Below the pieces are notes generated by a model. The model was not told where the DNA came from. It searched no databases and saw only the letters and a program-made list of their open reading frames with translations. A program made the translations under genes and the position numbers. Positions 40,950 to 52,369 of a stretch of DNA of 64,000 nucleotides are shown piece by piece (position 1 is the stretch's first letter; every line of letters begins with the position of its first letter). The DNA lies in NCBI GenBank assembly GCA_963744145.1, contig CAVUSO010000001.1, positions 7,520,001 through 7,584,000 on the forward strand, in the 5' to 3' direction. The DNA is from an uncultured cyanobacterium. GTDB lineage: Bacteria; Cyanobacteriota; Cyanobacteriia; Cyanobacteriales; CAWUOF01.

Positions 40950-42743
40950 ATGAAACGGATTGCAGTTTTGGGGATGCCTAATAGTGGAAAATCCACTTTT
41001 TTTAACCGTTTGACAGGTTCTCAAGCTCACATTGGCAATTGGCCCGGAATTACGATCGATCTAATGCTGGGCCAGGTGAAATTGAATGACGAACTGGTGG
41101 AAGTGGTGGATTTACCAGGAATTTATGATCTACGTGGGTTTTCTGAGGATGAAGGTGTAGTCAGACGCTTTCTTGACAATACACCTCTAGATTTAGTGCT
41201 AATAATTATCAATACAGCTCAGATCGATCGGCAAATCATCCTACCTATCCAAATTCAGGAATTGGGATTACCAGCAGTTGTGTTGTTGAATATGGTAGAT
41301 GAGGCTGCTCGGTTTGGAGTCAAGGTGGAATCAGCAGCTTTAGCCCAACGTTTGTTTATGCCCGTTTTGCCCATTAGTGCCAAATATGGGTCTGGATATG
41401 AGCAGGCGATCGCGACGATCTCAACAAGTATACATCAGCAAGATCAAGCGATGCAGGTAGAACATTTGCATGAGCGTTTATTACCTGATGACCAATTAAC
41501 TGAGCAAATTAGCAAGATCCTGGATGGAACTGTAGTCATTCCCCAAAGGCTTTCTGATCGATTAACCAGTCGTTTAGATCAGATATTACTGCATCCAGTT
41601 TTGGGATTACCAATTTTTTGGGGAGCAATGTATCTGGTTTTCCAAGCAATCTACGCAATTGGGACACCTTTGCAACAATGGCTAGGTAATGGTTTAGATT
41701 GGATCAAGGATACAGCCCTAGAACCAATACTGACTCCGCTCCCAGTTTTTCTCAAAGGATTACTCCTGGATGGATTATATGAAGGTGTGGGGACAGTAGC
41801 CGCGTTCTTACCAGTGATTTTTTTATTCTTTCTCTGTATGGCAGTAATAGAGGATAGTGGTTATCTATCCCGTTCAGCTTTTCTCATGGATGCACTGATG
41901 GAGCGATTAGGACTCGATGGTCGCTCTTTTGTCATGTCCTTAATGGGTTTTGGCTGTAATGTCCCAGCAATTTTAGGAACGAGAGTCATGCGATCGCCCG
42001 GATTGCGGATGCTATCGATGTTAGTAATTCCCTTTTCTCTTTGTTCAGCCCGACTGAATGTATTTATGTTTATTGCGACAGCAATGTTTGCACCTCAGAA
42101 CGCTCCAAAAGTAATATTTAGCCTATATTTGCTCAGTTTTGTAGCGGCAATTTTGACTGCGGCATTGTTCAAAGGAAATTTCTCAAGTCAAGAACATTTA
42201 GTATTAGAATTACCCCCCTATCGATTACCAACGCTGAAGCAGATGCTAGTCAGAGCATGGTGTGAAGTCAAACATTTTTGGATTTGGTCGCGACGGTTTA
42301 TTATTTTTGGAGTAGTAGCAATCTGGCTATTAAATAATCTCCCTACCAACGTACCAACAGCTAGCTCCCAAACTTTATCAGGTATACTTGGTCAATGGAT
42401 GCAACCCCTATTTGCTCCTCTGGGAATCAATGCTCAACTGACAGTGGCGCTCTTTTTTGGTTTCATTGCCAAAGAGATTGTTTTAGGTGGTCTAGCTGTA
42501 ATCTATGCTAAATCAGAGGGTAAAGATTTGGCTGATGCGATCGCCCAGCAAGTAGATTGGGTACAAGCTTATAGTTTTATGTTATTTACCTTGCTTTATG
42601 TACCCTGTCTATCAACAGTGGCTGTGTTGAAAAGTGAATCTAAGAGTATTAAGTTTACCTTATTTGCAATTAGTTGGTCGATGGGATTAGCATGGATAGC
42701 TAGTTTTGTGTTTTACCAAGGAACAAGGGCACTGGGATTTTGA
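40950..42743 (+). CDS. feoB: Ferrous iron transport protein B
   Basis: GMPNSGKST, NWPGIT, DLPG, GFGCNVPA, YVPC motifs. Confidence 0.95.
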   Translation: MKRIAVLGMPNSGKSTFFNRLTGSQAHIGNWPGITIDLMLGQVKLNDELVEVVDLPGIYDLRGFSEDEGVVRRFLDNTPLDLVLIIINTAQIDRQIILPIQIQELGLPAVVLLNMVDEAARFGVKVESAALAQRLFMPVLPISAKYGSGYEQAIATISTSIHQQDQAMQVEHLHERLLPDDQLTEQISKILDGTVVIPQRLSDRLTSRLDQILLHPVLGLPIFWGAMYLVFQAIYAIGTPLQQWLGNGLDWIKDTALEPILTPLPVFLKGLLLDGLYEGVGTVAAFLPVIFLFFLCMAVIEDSGYLSRSAFLMDALMERLGLDGRSFVMSLMGFGCNVPAILGTRVMRSPGLRMLSMLVIPFSLCSARLNVFMFIATAMFAPQNAPKVIFSLYLLSFVAAILTAALFKGNFSSQEHLVLELPPYRLPTLKQMLVRAWCEVKHFWIWSRRFIIFGVVAIWLLNNLPTNVPTASSQTLSGILGQWMQPLFAPLGINAQLTVALFFGFIAKEIVLGGLAVIYAKSEGKDLADAIAQQVDWVQAYSFMLFTLLYVPCLSTVAVLKSESKSIKFTLFAISWSMGLAWIASFVFYQGTRALGF

Positions 42744-42750
42744 TCAATAG

Positions 42751-43347
42751 TTAAAGTGCCTTAATAAAGGTTGACATTGCCTCCAGTTTCGATGACATTT
42801 GAATACATCTAACCAATAACTTAATATCTAAATCTGGTAAAATTTTACTAGAGTTAATTTTTTCATAATCTTCTCCTTCGAGATGATAAATTGATAATTC
42901 ATTCTTTTCCCAAAACCATACTTCTCTAATTTTAAATAGCTGATATTTTTCCAGTTTTTTCAGGTTTCCACTACTCAGAATTACTTCAATGGCTAAATCA
43001 GGATTATCTTTTTTTTCTCCAATATAATACGATTCGTCTGGTTCAAAAGATGCACCCTTTTCTTCTGCTTCACGGGTAGCACTACCAACGGGAATAAATT
43101 CAATCCGCTTATGTAAAAAAAACAGTTCAATTAAGCTCCCAATAATAGTTTTGAACATTTCATGTTCTTCACTAATAGTCATCAGTTCAATCTGTCCATC
43201 TAAATAAGATATTCTGACACCAGTCGATTTAATTGAGAACTGAATTGGTTTGAATTGTTGCCAAGTATAACGTCCTGGTAACAATAATCTTTGTTCTGAT
43301 TTTGACCAGTTATGATCTAAAGTTTTGGTGGTCATCTTTTTAGTCAC
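42751..43347 (-). CDS. Uma2 family PD-(D/E)xK putative endonuclease
   Basis: EPDESYY, PDLAIEV, KLEKY, EVWFW motifs. Confidence 0.9.
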   Translation of the reverse strand: MTKKMTTKTLDHNWSKSEQRLLLPGRYTWQQFKPIQFSIKSTGVRISYLDGQIELMTISEEHEMFKTIIGSLIELFFLHKRIEFIPVGSATREAEEKGASFEPDESYYIGEKKDNPDLAIEVILSSGNLKKLEKYQLFKIREVWFWEKNELSIYHLEGEDYEKINSSKILPDLDIKLLVRCIQMSSKLEAMSTFIKAL

Positions 43348-43396
43348 CTCCTAATTTATTATTGGGTTCAAGCATCAGAGCATGGTGGTTGATCGA

Positions 43397-44659
43397 TTAG
43401 GCAAAAATACCACCAAAAAAATCAACAGCTTCTTTTAATGCTTTAATAAAAACATCAATTTCTGCTCGCGTGTTATAGAAATATAAACTAGCGCGTGCGG
43501 TTGATTGTACTCCCAAGAATCGGTGTAATGGTTGTGTACAATGGTGTCCAGCTCGAATTGCTACCCCAGCTTGATCTAAAATAGTCGAAAGATCGTGAGG
43601 ATGAACATTTCCCATCGTAAAAGCAGCTAATGATGCTCTTCCATTACCAGTTTTTGTTGGTTGCGGTCCGTAGGTTTTAATTGCGGGAATCGATTGTAAC
43701 TGGTTGAATAAATAAGCAGTTAGTTCATGTTCATAAGCTGCAATATTCTCCATCCCAATACTGTTTAGATAATCGATCGCAGCACCTAATCCCACTGCTT
43801 CCGCGATCGCTGGTGTACCTGCTTCAAATTTATAGGGTAAATCAGCATAAGTAGCATGATCGAGAAAAACTTCTGCAATCATCTCTCCCCCACCTAAAAA
43901 AGGAGACATCGATCGCAATATTTTTGATTTACCATAGAGGAACCCAATCCCCGTCGGACCGCACATTTTATGACCAGATGCGACTAACCAATCACAATCG
44001 ATATCTTGAACATTTAATCGCGTATGGGGCGCACTTTGACAAGCATCAATTAAGACTTTTGCACCATAATGGTGAGCGATCGCAGTTATTTCTTTGATCG
44101 GGTTAATACAACCTAATGTATTAGAAATATGAACTACCGACACTAGCTTAGTTTGATTAGAAATCAATTTCTGGAACTGTTCTAGATCATATTCACCTGT
44201 TGCAGTTAATTCAACAAATTTTAATACTGCTCCAGTTTTTTGAGTAATTAATTGCCAAGGAATTAAATTACTATGATGTTCCATCACCGAAAGAATTATT
44301 TCATCTCCGGGTTGTAAATTAGTTAAACCCCAAGCATAAGCTACCAAATTAATAGCTTCAGTAGCATTACGGGTATAAATAATTTCCTGATGAGAATTTG
44401 CATTCACAAACCGAGCAATTTTTTCTCGCGCTCCTTCATACGCATCGGTAGCTCTTCCGCTTAAAGTATGAACTCCACGATGAACATTTGCGTTATCATG
44501 CTCATAATAATTTTTCAGAGCATCCAATACGACTAATGGTTTTTGGGAAGTAGCAGCATTATCTAAGTAAACTAAAGGATGTCCATTGATTTCTTGGTCT
44601 AAAATCGGAAAGTCAGGACGGACTTGATTAGCTAGGGTTTTTGTTTCAGTTAAAGTCAT
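43397..44659 (-). CDS. sufS: Cysteine desulfurase SufS
   Basis: [22 protein letters not shown] motifs. Confidence 0.96.
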   Translation of the reverse strand: MTLTETKTLANQVRPDFPILDQEINGHPLVYLDNAATSQKPLVVLDALKNYYEHDNANVHRGVHTLSGRATDAYEGAREKIARFVNANSHQEIIYTRNATEAINLVAYAWGLTNLQPGDEIILSVMEHHSNLIPWQLITQKTGAVLKFVELTATGEYDLEQFQKLISNQTKLVSVVHISNTLGCINPIKEITAIAHHYGAKVLIDACQSAPHTRLNVQDIDCDWLVASGHKMCGPTGIGFLYGKSKILRSMSPFLGGGEMIAEVFLDHATYADLPYKFEAGTPAIAEAVGLGAAIDYLNSIGMENIAAYEHELTAYLFNQLQSIPAIKTYGPQPTKTGNGRASLAAFTMGNVHPHDLSTILDQAGVAIRAGHHCTQPLHRFLGVQSTARASLYFYNTRAEIDVFIKALKEAVDFFGGIFA

Positions 44660-44673
44660 AGGTTAACCATTAT

Positions 44674-46032
44674 TTAGCGACATATTTCTAAAATTTCTGT
44701 ATGACAAGCAACACATCGTGCTAGGACTTTTCGCAGCGATAATACGGGGATGAAGTTGATGACTTCCGCAGCAAAAGCATCCAGTAATAAGTTACTAGCA
44801 TCTACAGCACTTAAACCTCGACTTTGTAAGTAGAAAATCTCTTCCTCATCTAATTGACTGACTGTAGCACCGTGAGCGCATTTAACATTATCTGCGGTAA
44901 TTTCTAACTGGGGTTTGGTATCTACACGACCTTTTGGTGATAACAATAGGTTGTGATTTAGTTGTTTTGCGTCAGTTAGTTGGGCTGGTTTTGGTACTAA
45001 GATTTTACCATTAAATACAGCATGAGCGCGATCATTAACAATAGATTTATGCAGTTGATTAGTGATTCCGTGGGGATGATTTAGCGCGATCGTGCTGTGA
45101 GTATCCGCTAATTGATCATCACCAATAATTGTCAACCCATTCAGAATTGTTTCTGTTCCTGCACCAGTTTGAAATATTTCTAAGTTATGACGAGAAATTT
45201 TCCCTCCCAGACTAATCATATTACCAGTATAACGGCTCGAACTTGCTTGAGCGATCGCTGTTTTGCCAATATGAAAAGCTGTACTTGCATCCCGTTGAAT
45301 TCTGGTATGGTTAACTTGAGCGTTTGCTCCTACCCAAATTTCTGTCACCTGATTATTCAGATAAGAACCAGAAAATTTTGCATCTAAACAACCTTCTGCG
45401 ATCGCTGAATATTGTTCAATTAAGGTCACACTACTTCCCGCTTCTGCTACTACTAAACAACGGGGTTGATTAATAATCGGTGTTTGGTCTGTCCCAGTAA
45501 TAAATAACAAATGAATTGGTGTTTCAATTAAGCATTTTTTGGGTATCCAAACTACCGCAGCATCGGTTAAACCCGCAGTATTAAGAGCCGTAAATACTTC
45601 TTGATTTCCTGGTTGTTGTGCTAAATATTCCCTGATTTGGGGAAGATGATCACACCCTAATAAATTGCCAACAAAAATATCTGGTGGTAATCCCGATGTA
45701 GATGATAATCGAGGTGAGTAAATGCCATTTACAAATACTAAAAGACTATTTTTTGTTTCTGGCAAAATTAAATTATCAGCGCTGACATCTACTGATATTG
45801 CTGGAGCGAATTGAACCTGTAACAAAGGAGAAAGATCGGTAAAACGCCATTCTTCATCCCGTTGAGAGGGAATTGACATTTCCGTTACTAGATCCGCAGC
45901 GCGATCGCGGATTTTTTGGAGCCAATCGCGATCGCTAGCATTCTGACTAACGACCTCTAACCATGTGGTTAGATCAGTAACTCGATCTATAGAAACTGGT
46001 TTCACATCAGTGAAAGTACCCTGACTAATCAT
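44674..46032 (-). CDS. sufD: Fe-S cluster assembly protein SufD
   Basis: EEWRFTDL, KPQLEITADNVKCAHGAT, FYLQSRG motifs. Confidence 0.95.
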   Translation of the reverse strand: MISQGTFTDVKPVSIDRVTDLTTWLEVVSQNASDRDWLQKIRDRAADLVTEMSIPSQRDEEWRFTDLSPLLQVQFAPAISVDVSADNLILPETKNSLLVFVNGIYSPRLSSTSGLPPDIFVGNLLGCDHLPQIREYLAQQPGNQEVFTALNTAGLTDAAVVWIPKKCLIETPIHLLFITGTDQTPIINQPRCLVVAEAGSSVTLIEQYSAIAEGCLDAKFSGSYLNNQVTEIWVGANAQVNHTRIQRDASTAFHIGKTAIAQASSSRYTGNMISLGGKISRHNLEIFQTGAGTETILNGLTIIGDDQLADTHSTIALNHPHGITNQLHKSIVNDRAHAVFNGKILVPKPAQLTDAKQLNHNLLLSPKGRVDTKPQLEITADNVKCAHGATVSQLDEEEIFYLQSRGLSAVDASNLLLDAFAAEVINFIPVLSLRKVLARCVACHTEILEICR

Positions 46033-46821
46033 TAAACTCCCACTCCTGCTGTTTCCTGTTCAATTATCCCTTCATAACCCTCAGCTTCTAGTTCCAAAGC
46101 TAATTCCTTAGTACCGGTTTTAATAATTCGACCATTATCCATTACATGAACAAAATCCGGCACAATATAATCTAGCAAACGTTGATAGTGAGTAATCACC
46201 AGCATAGCATTTTCAGCATTAGATAACTGATTTACTCCATTAGCAACGATCTTGAGAGCATCAATATCCAAACCAGAATCAGTTTCATCTAAAATTGCCA
46301 GTTTTGGTTCGAGTAGAGCCATTTGCAAAATTTCATTGCGTTTTTTTTCTCCACCCGAAAAACCCTCATTCAGACTCCGACTTAAAAAAGCCGGGTCCAT
46401 CTTGACAATATCCAATTTTGTCTGAATTAACTCATCAAAATCAAACGCATCAAATTCACCTAATCCTTGATGTTTCCGTCGGGAATTATAAGCAATTCGT
46501 AAAAAATCCAGATTACTGACACCAGGAATTTCCAAAGGATATTGAAATGCTAGAAAAATCCCAGAATCTAGCACGTTCTTCTGGTTCTAATTCTTGGATA
46601 TTTTGTCCTTGAAAAAGTATCTCCCCACCAGTAACCGTATAAGCAGGATGACCAGCTAATACCTTAGAAAAGGTACTTTTTCCTGAACCATTTTGTCCCA
46701 TAATCGCATGAATTTCTCCAGCTTTCACTTCCAGATTCAAACCCTTCAAAATTTGGTTTTCATCGACTTCTGCTGTTAAATTCCGCACCGATAGAATCAC
46801 GTTACTGTTTTCAATAATCAT
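46032..46821 (-). CDS. sufC: Fe-S assembly ATPase SufC (frameshifted near 46565)
   Basis: GQNGSGKST in the first [13 protein letters not shown] and LDETDSGLD in the second. Removing one T restores [14 protein letters not shown]. Confidence 0.93.
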
Positions 46822-46857
46822 CTTGATGGTTGACTTTTGACTGATGGTGAAAAATGA

Positions 46858-46912
46858 CAGACTGGAAATAAGCAAATCTAGGGAAATTCAAGTAATCGTT
46901 ATTTCCAGTCTG
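46858..46912. other. Intergenic stem-loop between sufB and sufC
   Basis: 14-bp perfect inverted repeat CAGACTGGAAATAA / TTATTTCCAGTCTG. Confidence 0.6.
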
Positions 46913-46931
46913 AAGGGGGAATGGGTAAGAA

Positions 46932-48371
46932 TTAACCCACACTTCCTTCTAATTTCAAACTTAACAACCGATCGGCTTCGACCGCAAATTCCATCGGTAG
47001 TTTATTAAAAACATCCTTGCAAAATCCGCTAATCATCATAGAGACAGCATCTTCTGATGAGATCCCCCGTTGTTGAAAATAGAATAGTTGATCTTCACCA
47101 ATTTTCGAGGTTGAAGCTTCATGTTCTACTTTTGCGGTATGGTTTTGCACTTGGATGTAGGGGAATGTATTCGCTTGAGCATTATCACCAATTAACATTG
47201 AGTCACATTGGGAATAATTGCGTGCTCCTTGAGCTTTTGGTCCCATTTTCACTAAACCGCGATAACTATTTTGGGATTTACCTGTAGAAATTCCCTTAGA
47301 AATAATCGTACTACGAGTATTTTTGCCAATATGCACCATTTTGGTGCCTGTGTCAGCTTGTTGCTTATGATTAGTCAGAGCAACTGAGTAAAATTCACCG
47401 ATCGAATTATCTCCAACCAGGACACAACTAGGATATTTCCAAGTAATCGCTGATCCGGTTTCTACTTGAGTCCAGGAAATTTTGGAATTAATCCCTTGGC
47501 AAAGTCCTCGTTTGGTGACAAAGTTATAGATACCACCTTTACCATTTTCGTCTCCAGCATACCAGTTCTGGACAGTGGAGTATTTGATTTCTGCATGATC
47601 AAGTGCGATTAGTTCAACTACCGCAGCATGGAGTTGGTTAGTATCAAACATCGGAGCGGTACAACCTTCTAGATAGGTGACCGAACTACCTGCTTCTGCC
47701 ACAATCAGAGTACGTTCAAATTGTCCAGAATCACCATTATTAATCCGGAAATAGGTGGAAAGATCCATTGGACACTTAACACCTTTAGGAATATAAACAA
47801 AGGAGCCATCACTAAATACAGCTGAATTGAGAGCAGCAAAAAAATTGTCTCCGATCGGCACTACACTACCTAAATATTTTTCGATTAAATCGGGATGTTC
47901 TTGGAGTGCTTCGGAGATCGAACAAAAAATGATCCCTTCTTGAGCGAGTTTTTCTTTAAAAGTAGTAGCAACGGAAACACTATCAAAGATTGCATCTACG
48001 GCAACATTAGAAAGTCGTTTCTGTTCAGACAAAGGTATGCCCAGTTTCTCAAAGGTTTCTAGCAAAACTGGATCTACTTCTTCCAGACTGTTTAATTTCT
48101 TTTTAGCTTGCTTGGGTGCAGAGTAGTAAACAATATCTTGGTAATTAATTGGGGGATAGGAGACGCGGGGCCAAATCGGTTCCTTCATCTTCAACCACTG
48201 TCGATAGGCTTTGAGGCGAAATTTTAGCATGAACTCTGGTTCATTCTTTTTGCTAGAGATCAGCCGAATTACGTCCTCGTTCAGCCCACGAGGAATGGTA
48301 TCCGATTCAATATTAGTGACAAAACCATATTTGTAGGGCTGATTGACTAACGTCTGGACAGTAGGGCTCAT
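46932..48371 (-). CDS. sufB: Fe-S cluster assembly protein SufB
   Basis: [35 protein letters not shown] motifs. Confidence 0.97.
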   Translation of the reverse strand: MSPTVQTLVNQPYKYGFVTNIESDTIPRGLNEDVIRLISSKKNEPEFMLKFRLKAYRQWLKMKEPIWPRVSYPPINYQDIVYYSAPKQAKKKLNSLEEVDPVLLETFEKLGIPLSEQKRLSNVAVDAIFDSVSVATTFKEKLAQEGIIFCSISEALQEHPDLIEKYLGSVVPIGDNFFAALNSAVFSDGSFVYIPKGVKCPMDLSTYFRINNGDSGQFERTLIVAEAGSSVTYLEGCTAPMFDTNQLHAAVVELIALDHAEIKYSTVQNWYAGDENGKGGIYNFVTKRGLCQGINSKISWTQVETGSAITWKYPSCVLVGDNSIGEFYSVALTNHKQQADTGTKMVHIGKNTRSTIISKGISTGKSQNSYRGLVKMGPKAQGARNYSQCDSMLIGDNAQANTFPYIQVQNHTAKVEHEASTSKIGEDQLFYFQQRGISSEDAVSMMISGFCKDVFNKLPMEFAVEADRLLSLKLEGSVG

Positions 48372-48483
48372 AGAGTTTTCTCTCTTGTTCTCACTTGCTA
48401 GACAGATGGCAGGCTCGGTCAGGATTTCCCAATCAAACACAGGCTTAAGGTGACAGTTTACTCAACTGCGACTACAATTAAAA

Positions 48484-48538
48484 CAACTATTTTGTTGTTT
48501 AATCCGTATTTTACAATACTTTAACAACAAATGTGTTG
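48484..48538. promoter_or_regulatory. Two SufR operator sites
   Basis: CAAC-N6-GTTG at 48484-48497 and 48525-48538 between divergent sufB and sufR. Confidence 0.82.
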
Positions 48539-48584
48539 TCAAAGTCAAGAATTAGTTTTTTTTCAAAAAAACCCGGAGCAGACT

Positions 48585-49238
48585 ATGGTGACCACGACTC
48601 ATGCTTCCACCAAACAGGATATATTGCAACATTTGATGAAAGAGGGTCAAGCGATCGCACAAGAGTTAGCGGAAACTTTAGATATTAGTCCCCAAGCGAT
48701 TCGACGACATCTGAAGGATTTGGAATCGGAAGGGTTGATTGAACATAAATCAGTGCAAATGGGCATGGGTCGGCCCCAGCACGTTTATCAATTGAGTAAG
48801 GAGGGACGCGATCGGTTCCCCAATCATTATGGTGATTTTGCGGTGTCCTTGTTAGATGTGTTAGCAGAAACAGTTGGTCCGGATCAGGTAAGTTCCATTT
48901 TACGCAAACAATGGGAGCGGAAAGCATTAGAATATCGTCATTTGGTGGGTGATGGTTCCTTAGCAGAGCGGGTAACAAAGTTGGTAGAAATCCGCAAAAG
49001 TGAGGGTTATATGGCAGAATGCTATGTGCTAGAGGGGGATGAGGATAGGCAAAAATTGATGCTCACGGAACATAATTGTGCGATTTCCAATGTAGCTGAG
49101 TCTTTTCCGAGTATTTGTGGGCATGAGTTAGAAATGTTTGCTGCGATTTTACCAGATTGTCAAGTCAAGCGGACCGATTGGATGATTAATGGGGAGCATC
49201 GTTGTGGTTATCTGATTCAAATTGGGGATCAAGCTTAA
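48585..49238 (+). CDS. sufR: Fe-S biosynthesis repressor SufR
   Basis: HTH (QAIRRHLKDL, GRPQHVY) plus EHNCAI...C.HELE...HRCGY; divergent from sufB. Confidence 0.93.
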   Translation: MVTTTHASTKQDILQHLMKEGQAIAQELAETLDISPQAIRRHLKDLESEGLIEHKSVQMGMGRPQHVYQLSKEGRDRFPNHYGDFAVSLLDVLAETVGPDQVSSILRKQWERKALEYRHLVGDGSLAERVTKLVEIRKSEGYMAECYVLEGDEDRQKLMLTEHNCAISNVAESFPSICGHELEMFAAILPDCQVKRTDWMINGEHRCGYLIQIGDQA

Positions 49239-49266
49239 TTTCATACCTGATATATAAAGATTTACT

Positions 49267-49650
49267 ATGGCTGAAGATTTACAAGCATCACATGAGTTTT
49301 TGACCCGGGAAGAGTCAGCTATAGTTGATCGAGCGTTGTTATCTGCTCGTGATAAGTTCTCGACTCGATTAGCGATTTATGCTTTGCGATCGCTCAAACA
49401 AATCTCTGGACAAACTGGGTTAGCAGTTGAGGATATTAGTAAGGAACAAGTAGCGAATTGGATTGAAAATGATCAAGGGATTCAGGGTAATTTACAGGGA
49501 GATGCTAGTTTTAAGGATTTTTTTACGAATTTGGTAACTTCTTCTTTAAAACCGTTACAGCAAGTTGCGCTTGATCAAGCTGTCGCGATCGCTGATTTAA
49601 CTGTATCCCAGGTAGTAGCGTGGTTTGAACACGATCGACGGATGCGATAA
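49267..49650 (+). CDS. Conserved hypothetical protein
   Basis: ESAIVDRALLS.RDKFSTRLAIYALRSL; follows sufR. Confidence 0.75.
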   Translation: MAEDLQASHEFLTREESAIVDRALLSARDKFSTRLAIYALRSLKQISGQTGLAVEDISKEQVANWIENDQGIQGNLQGDASFKDFFTNLVTSSLKPLQQVALDQAVAIADLTVSQVVAWFEHDRRMR

Positions 49651-49670
49651 TCTGTTTTAGAAACCACTAA

Positions 49671-49811
49671 GACAAATTTTTTGCTACTCCCTTAGTTCAA
49701 GAACTGATCCAACAGAACACTATTTATCTAATTACCTACGATATTGCTCAGGAGAAAATTGCTCAATGGCTACCCTTACCCAATACCGTCAACACATCCA
49801 AAATCTACTAA
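49671..49811 (+). pseudogene. xisH: 3' remnant of xisH
   Basis: Start-less frame DKFFATPLVQELIQQNTIYLITYDIAQEKIAQW resembles the XisH C-terminus and overlaps the xisI start. Confidence 0.65.
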
Positions 49812-50098
49812 AAGAACACGCTAGTCTTGTGTGGGATAAACGCATTCAAGCTGAAATTATCTTTGATATTGAACGAGACCACTATCAACTGATTTATGTG
49901 GGTTGGAGAGACTCTAAACGCATCTATGGTGTTGTGCTACATCTCGATATTATTGATGGAAAAATTTGGATTCAACAGGATGGTACAGAAATTGGTATTG
50001 CCAATCAATTGGTAGAACTTGGTATCCCCAAAGAAGACATTGTTCTCGCATTTGATCCGCCTAACTTGCGAAAATATACCGATTTTGCCGTCAGTTAG
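49766..50098 (+). CDS. xisI: XisI family protein
   Basis: DHYQL..VGW, HLDIIDGKIWIQQDGTE.GIA..LVELGIPKEDIVLAF motifs. Confidence 0.93.
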   Translation: MATLTQYRQHIQNLLKEHASLVWDKRIQAEIIFDIERDHYQLIYVGWRDSKRIYGVVLHLDIIDGKIWIQQDGTEIGIANQLVELGIPKEDIVLAFDPPNLRKYTDFAVS

Positions 50099-50379
50099 CT
50101 ACCTTTTGCTAGCTGCACCACTAATAAGTTTAGGGATCTAGGTAACCTGATCAAGTAATTATTAAGTATGCGATTTTTGATTGTCAACGTTGTGAAAACT
50201 TTACCCATTGATTTGTCAGTAGTTGTGTACATGATAATTTATTCTCTCAGCTACTTTAGCTTAATTCTAGCAAATTTTCGAGAGATCATGCTCTTGATCG
50301 TAGCGATCGCGATTTATTCCCTAACTGTTCAGGTTTTCCATTGGGCGATCGCTAATTCACTCAGTCCTAATATATAATC

Positions 50380-51459
50380 CTAATGATTTATTTTCTCCAA
50401 TAAATGCTTACCCATCAGGTCTGCGGCTAATTTATTACCAGCAATATTCCAATGGGTATTATTAGGTTTATACAGATTTTTTTGCTGTTCTGCTTTGACA
50501 AAATCATCTAAGACATCGAGATAGTCTATATGATCTTTTTGGAATTCTGCTGCTAAGGCTTTTTCTGGTTGCGAAAAATCTAATCGATCGGGAGGAAACC
50601 CAAATTGTTTGCCAAGTTGATCAACTACCTTTGCTTGCAAAGCTTTATTAACTTGTACCTCATCCGGAAGAATCCCTACTACTAAAGCAATATGATTGTA
50701 ATCGCAAATTTCTTTAATTTTTCTTACATGAACTAATGCCTGATTAAAAGCATCTTCAAAAAATGGACTTTTGGTGACATAAATCTGACTCCGTTCTACT
50801 TCAATCTTTAAATAAGCATCATCCGTAAAACTAGGTTCATCATCTTTATAATTTGTATGACCTACTACAAAATTTCCTTTATTTTTTTGCAAAATAACAA
50901 TTATATATTTAATAAATGAAGCTAGATAAGAATAGGACTCTAAATTTCGTAGTTTTTGATTGGGTTGGACATAATTGTCCGTAAAGTCATTGCCAACAAA
51001 AAATGAGAGAAATACCATATCTGGTTTCAATGCTAAACCTTCATTCACAAAAACTGATAGATAATCTTTTGGTCCTAAATTGGGAATTCCCATGTTAATA
51101 ACTTCAACTTTTTTATGTTGTTGAGGTGGATTAAGTATGCTCTTTAACAGAGTTAAATAAGCATAGGGATAGGGAACGACAGCATAAGCAAAAGAATCAC
51201 CAATTCCGATCACTCGGTAGGTATTATCTGCCTTTTTTTCATTAAATTCTACATCTTTAAACCCTTTTGAATTCAAATGAAAATCGTAATCGGGGGCACC
51301 GCCTTTGCCCCGATAGCGATTGTAAGAGGTATCATAAAATATAAATGTCGGGTTAATGGCATTATAGATTCTAAAACTAATTTCTATTAACACCAAAGTT
51401 ATCAAAGTTATGATTACCGTTTGTTTCAAGCCACTGACGATTTTTTGGAAGTTAAACAT
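50380..51459 (-). CDS. Membrane-anchored SGNH/GDSL hydrolase family protein
   Basis: N-terminal TM; GDSF, INMG, GND, NTHWN..GN blocks. Confidence 0.85.
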   Translation of the reverse strand: MFNFQKIVSGLKQTVIITLITLVLIEISFRIYNAINPTFIFYDTSYNRYRGKGGAPDYDFHLNSKGFKDVEFNEKKADNTYRVIGIGDSFAYAVVPYPYAYLTLLKSILNPPQQHKKVEVINMGIPNLGPKDYLSVFVNEGLALKPDMVFLSFFVGNDFTDNYVQPNQKLRNLESYSYLASFIKYIIVILQKNKGNFVVGHTNYKDDEPSFTDDAYLKIEVERSQIYVTKSPFFEDAFNQALVHVRKIKEICDYNHIALVVGILPDEVQVNKALQAKVVDQLGKQFGFPPDRLDFSQPEKALAAEFQKDHIDYLDVLDDFVKAEQQKNLYKPNNTHWNIAGNKLAADLMGKHLLEKINH

Positions 51460-51671
51460 TAAGGTGCCTATTATGGATTAAAGAACAGAACTCATGGTGA
51501 TCCTGGCCAAGTAATTTTTAGTAAAAATCTGCTGGGCTTAGGAAAGAACTGAAGTCTAAGTTTAAATTAAAACTATTGCCTACGCAACTAAGGTCGGATT
51601 CACCCATCTGGATGATCCTGCTAAAATCAAGAAATTAATAGGGATACATAGACATACTTGTCAAAATCTCC

Positions 51672-52316
51672 CTAAATTCGCTCTCTAATTAAATAAGCAC
51701 AACACCGATCGCCATTCAATATATGTTCAACTCTTGTCACCGTAACTTCTTTACCTAGAATCGCTGTAAATAGCTCTAATTCTGATTCACAGAATTGCTG
51801 ACAAGTTCGAGCCGCAGCTAAAATTGGACAATGGTTTTCGACTAAAATTAACGCTCCATCATCTTGGGCGATCGCCTCAGTCATATACCCTTCCCCATCA
51901 CGAATCTGGGCTAATCCCGCTACCCGAGTCCGCCAATCCTGGTGATGCTCTTCGGCTAATAATTTTTTGGCATAAACATTTAGCTGTCGCTGAATCCGTT
52001 CTGCTAAGACTTTTTCGATTCCAGTTGCACCAAATACAGTTTCAATTCCACGCAACAAATCAACCATCAAGTCACCGTGACTATCTGGAAATAAATGGGT
52101 AGATTGGGCCGTCAGTTGCCAGAGTTTCACCGGTCTGCCCACTGGACGTCGATCCTCTTGATAAGTAACTAATCCCTCCGAGCGTAGTGCTTGGAGATGC
52201 TGACGAATGGCCATTGGTGAGACTTGCAACTGCTGGGCTAAATTGGTGGCAGTATGGACACCTTTAGTTTTCAGCAAGTAAAGGATTTGGTTTTTCGCTT
52301 TTTGTTTGTCTTCCAT
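51672..52316 (-). CDS. SufR-like HTH transcriptional regulator
   Basis: MAIRQHLQAL, GRP, EGYM, ENHCPI...C.SELE...RCCAY motifs. Confidence 0.88.
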   Translation of the reverse strand: MEDKQKAKNQILYLLKTKGVHTATNLAQQLQVSPMAIRQHLQALRSEGLVTYQEDRRPVGRPVKLWQLTAQSTHLFPDSHGDLMVDLLRGIETVFGATGIEKVLAERIQRQLNVYAKKLLAEEHHQDWRTRVAGLAQIRDGEGYMTEAIAQDDGALILVENHCPILAAARTCQQFCESELELFTAILGKEVTVTRVEHILNGDRCCAYLIRERI

Positions 52317-52369
52317 CGCCCGGACCAATTAACCATTCCTTAACTATAGCAACCCATCTGCTTCACTGC

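Noticed and set aside
50168..50377. 69-aa hydrophobic ORF
   Set aside because: No RBS or recognisable motif; AT-rich region between convergent genes.
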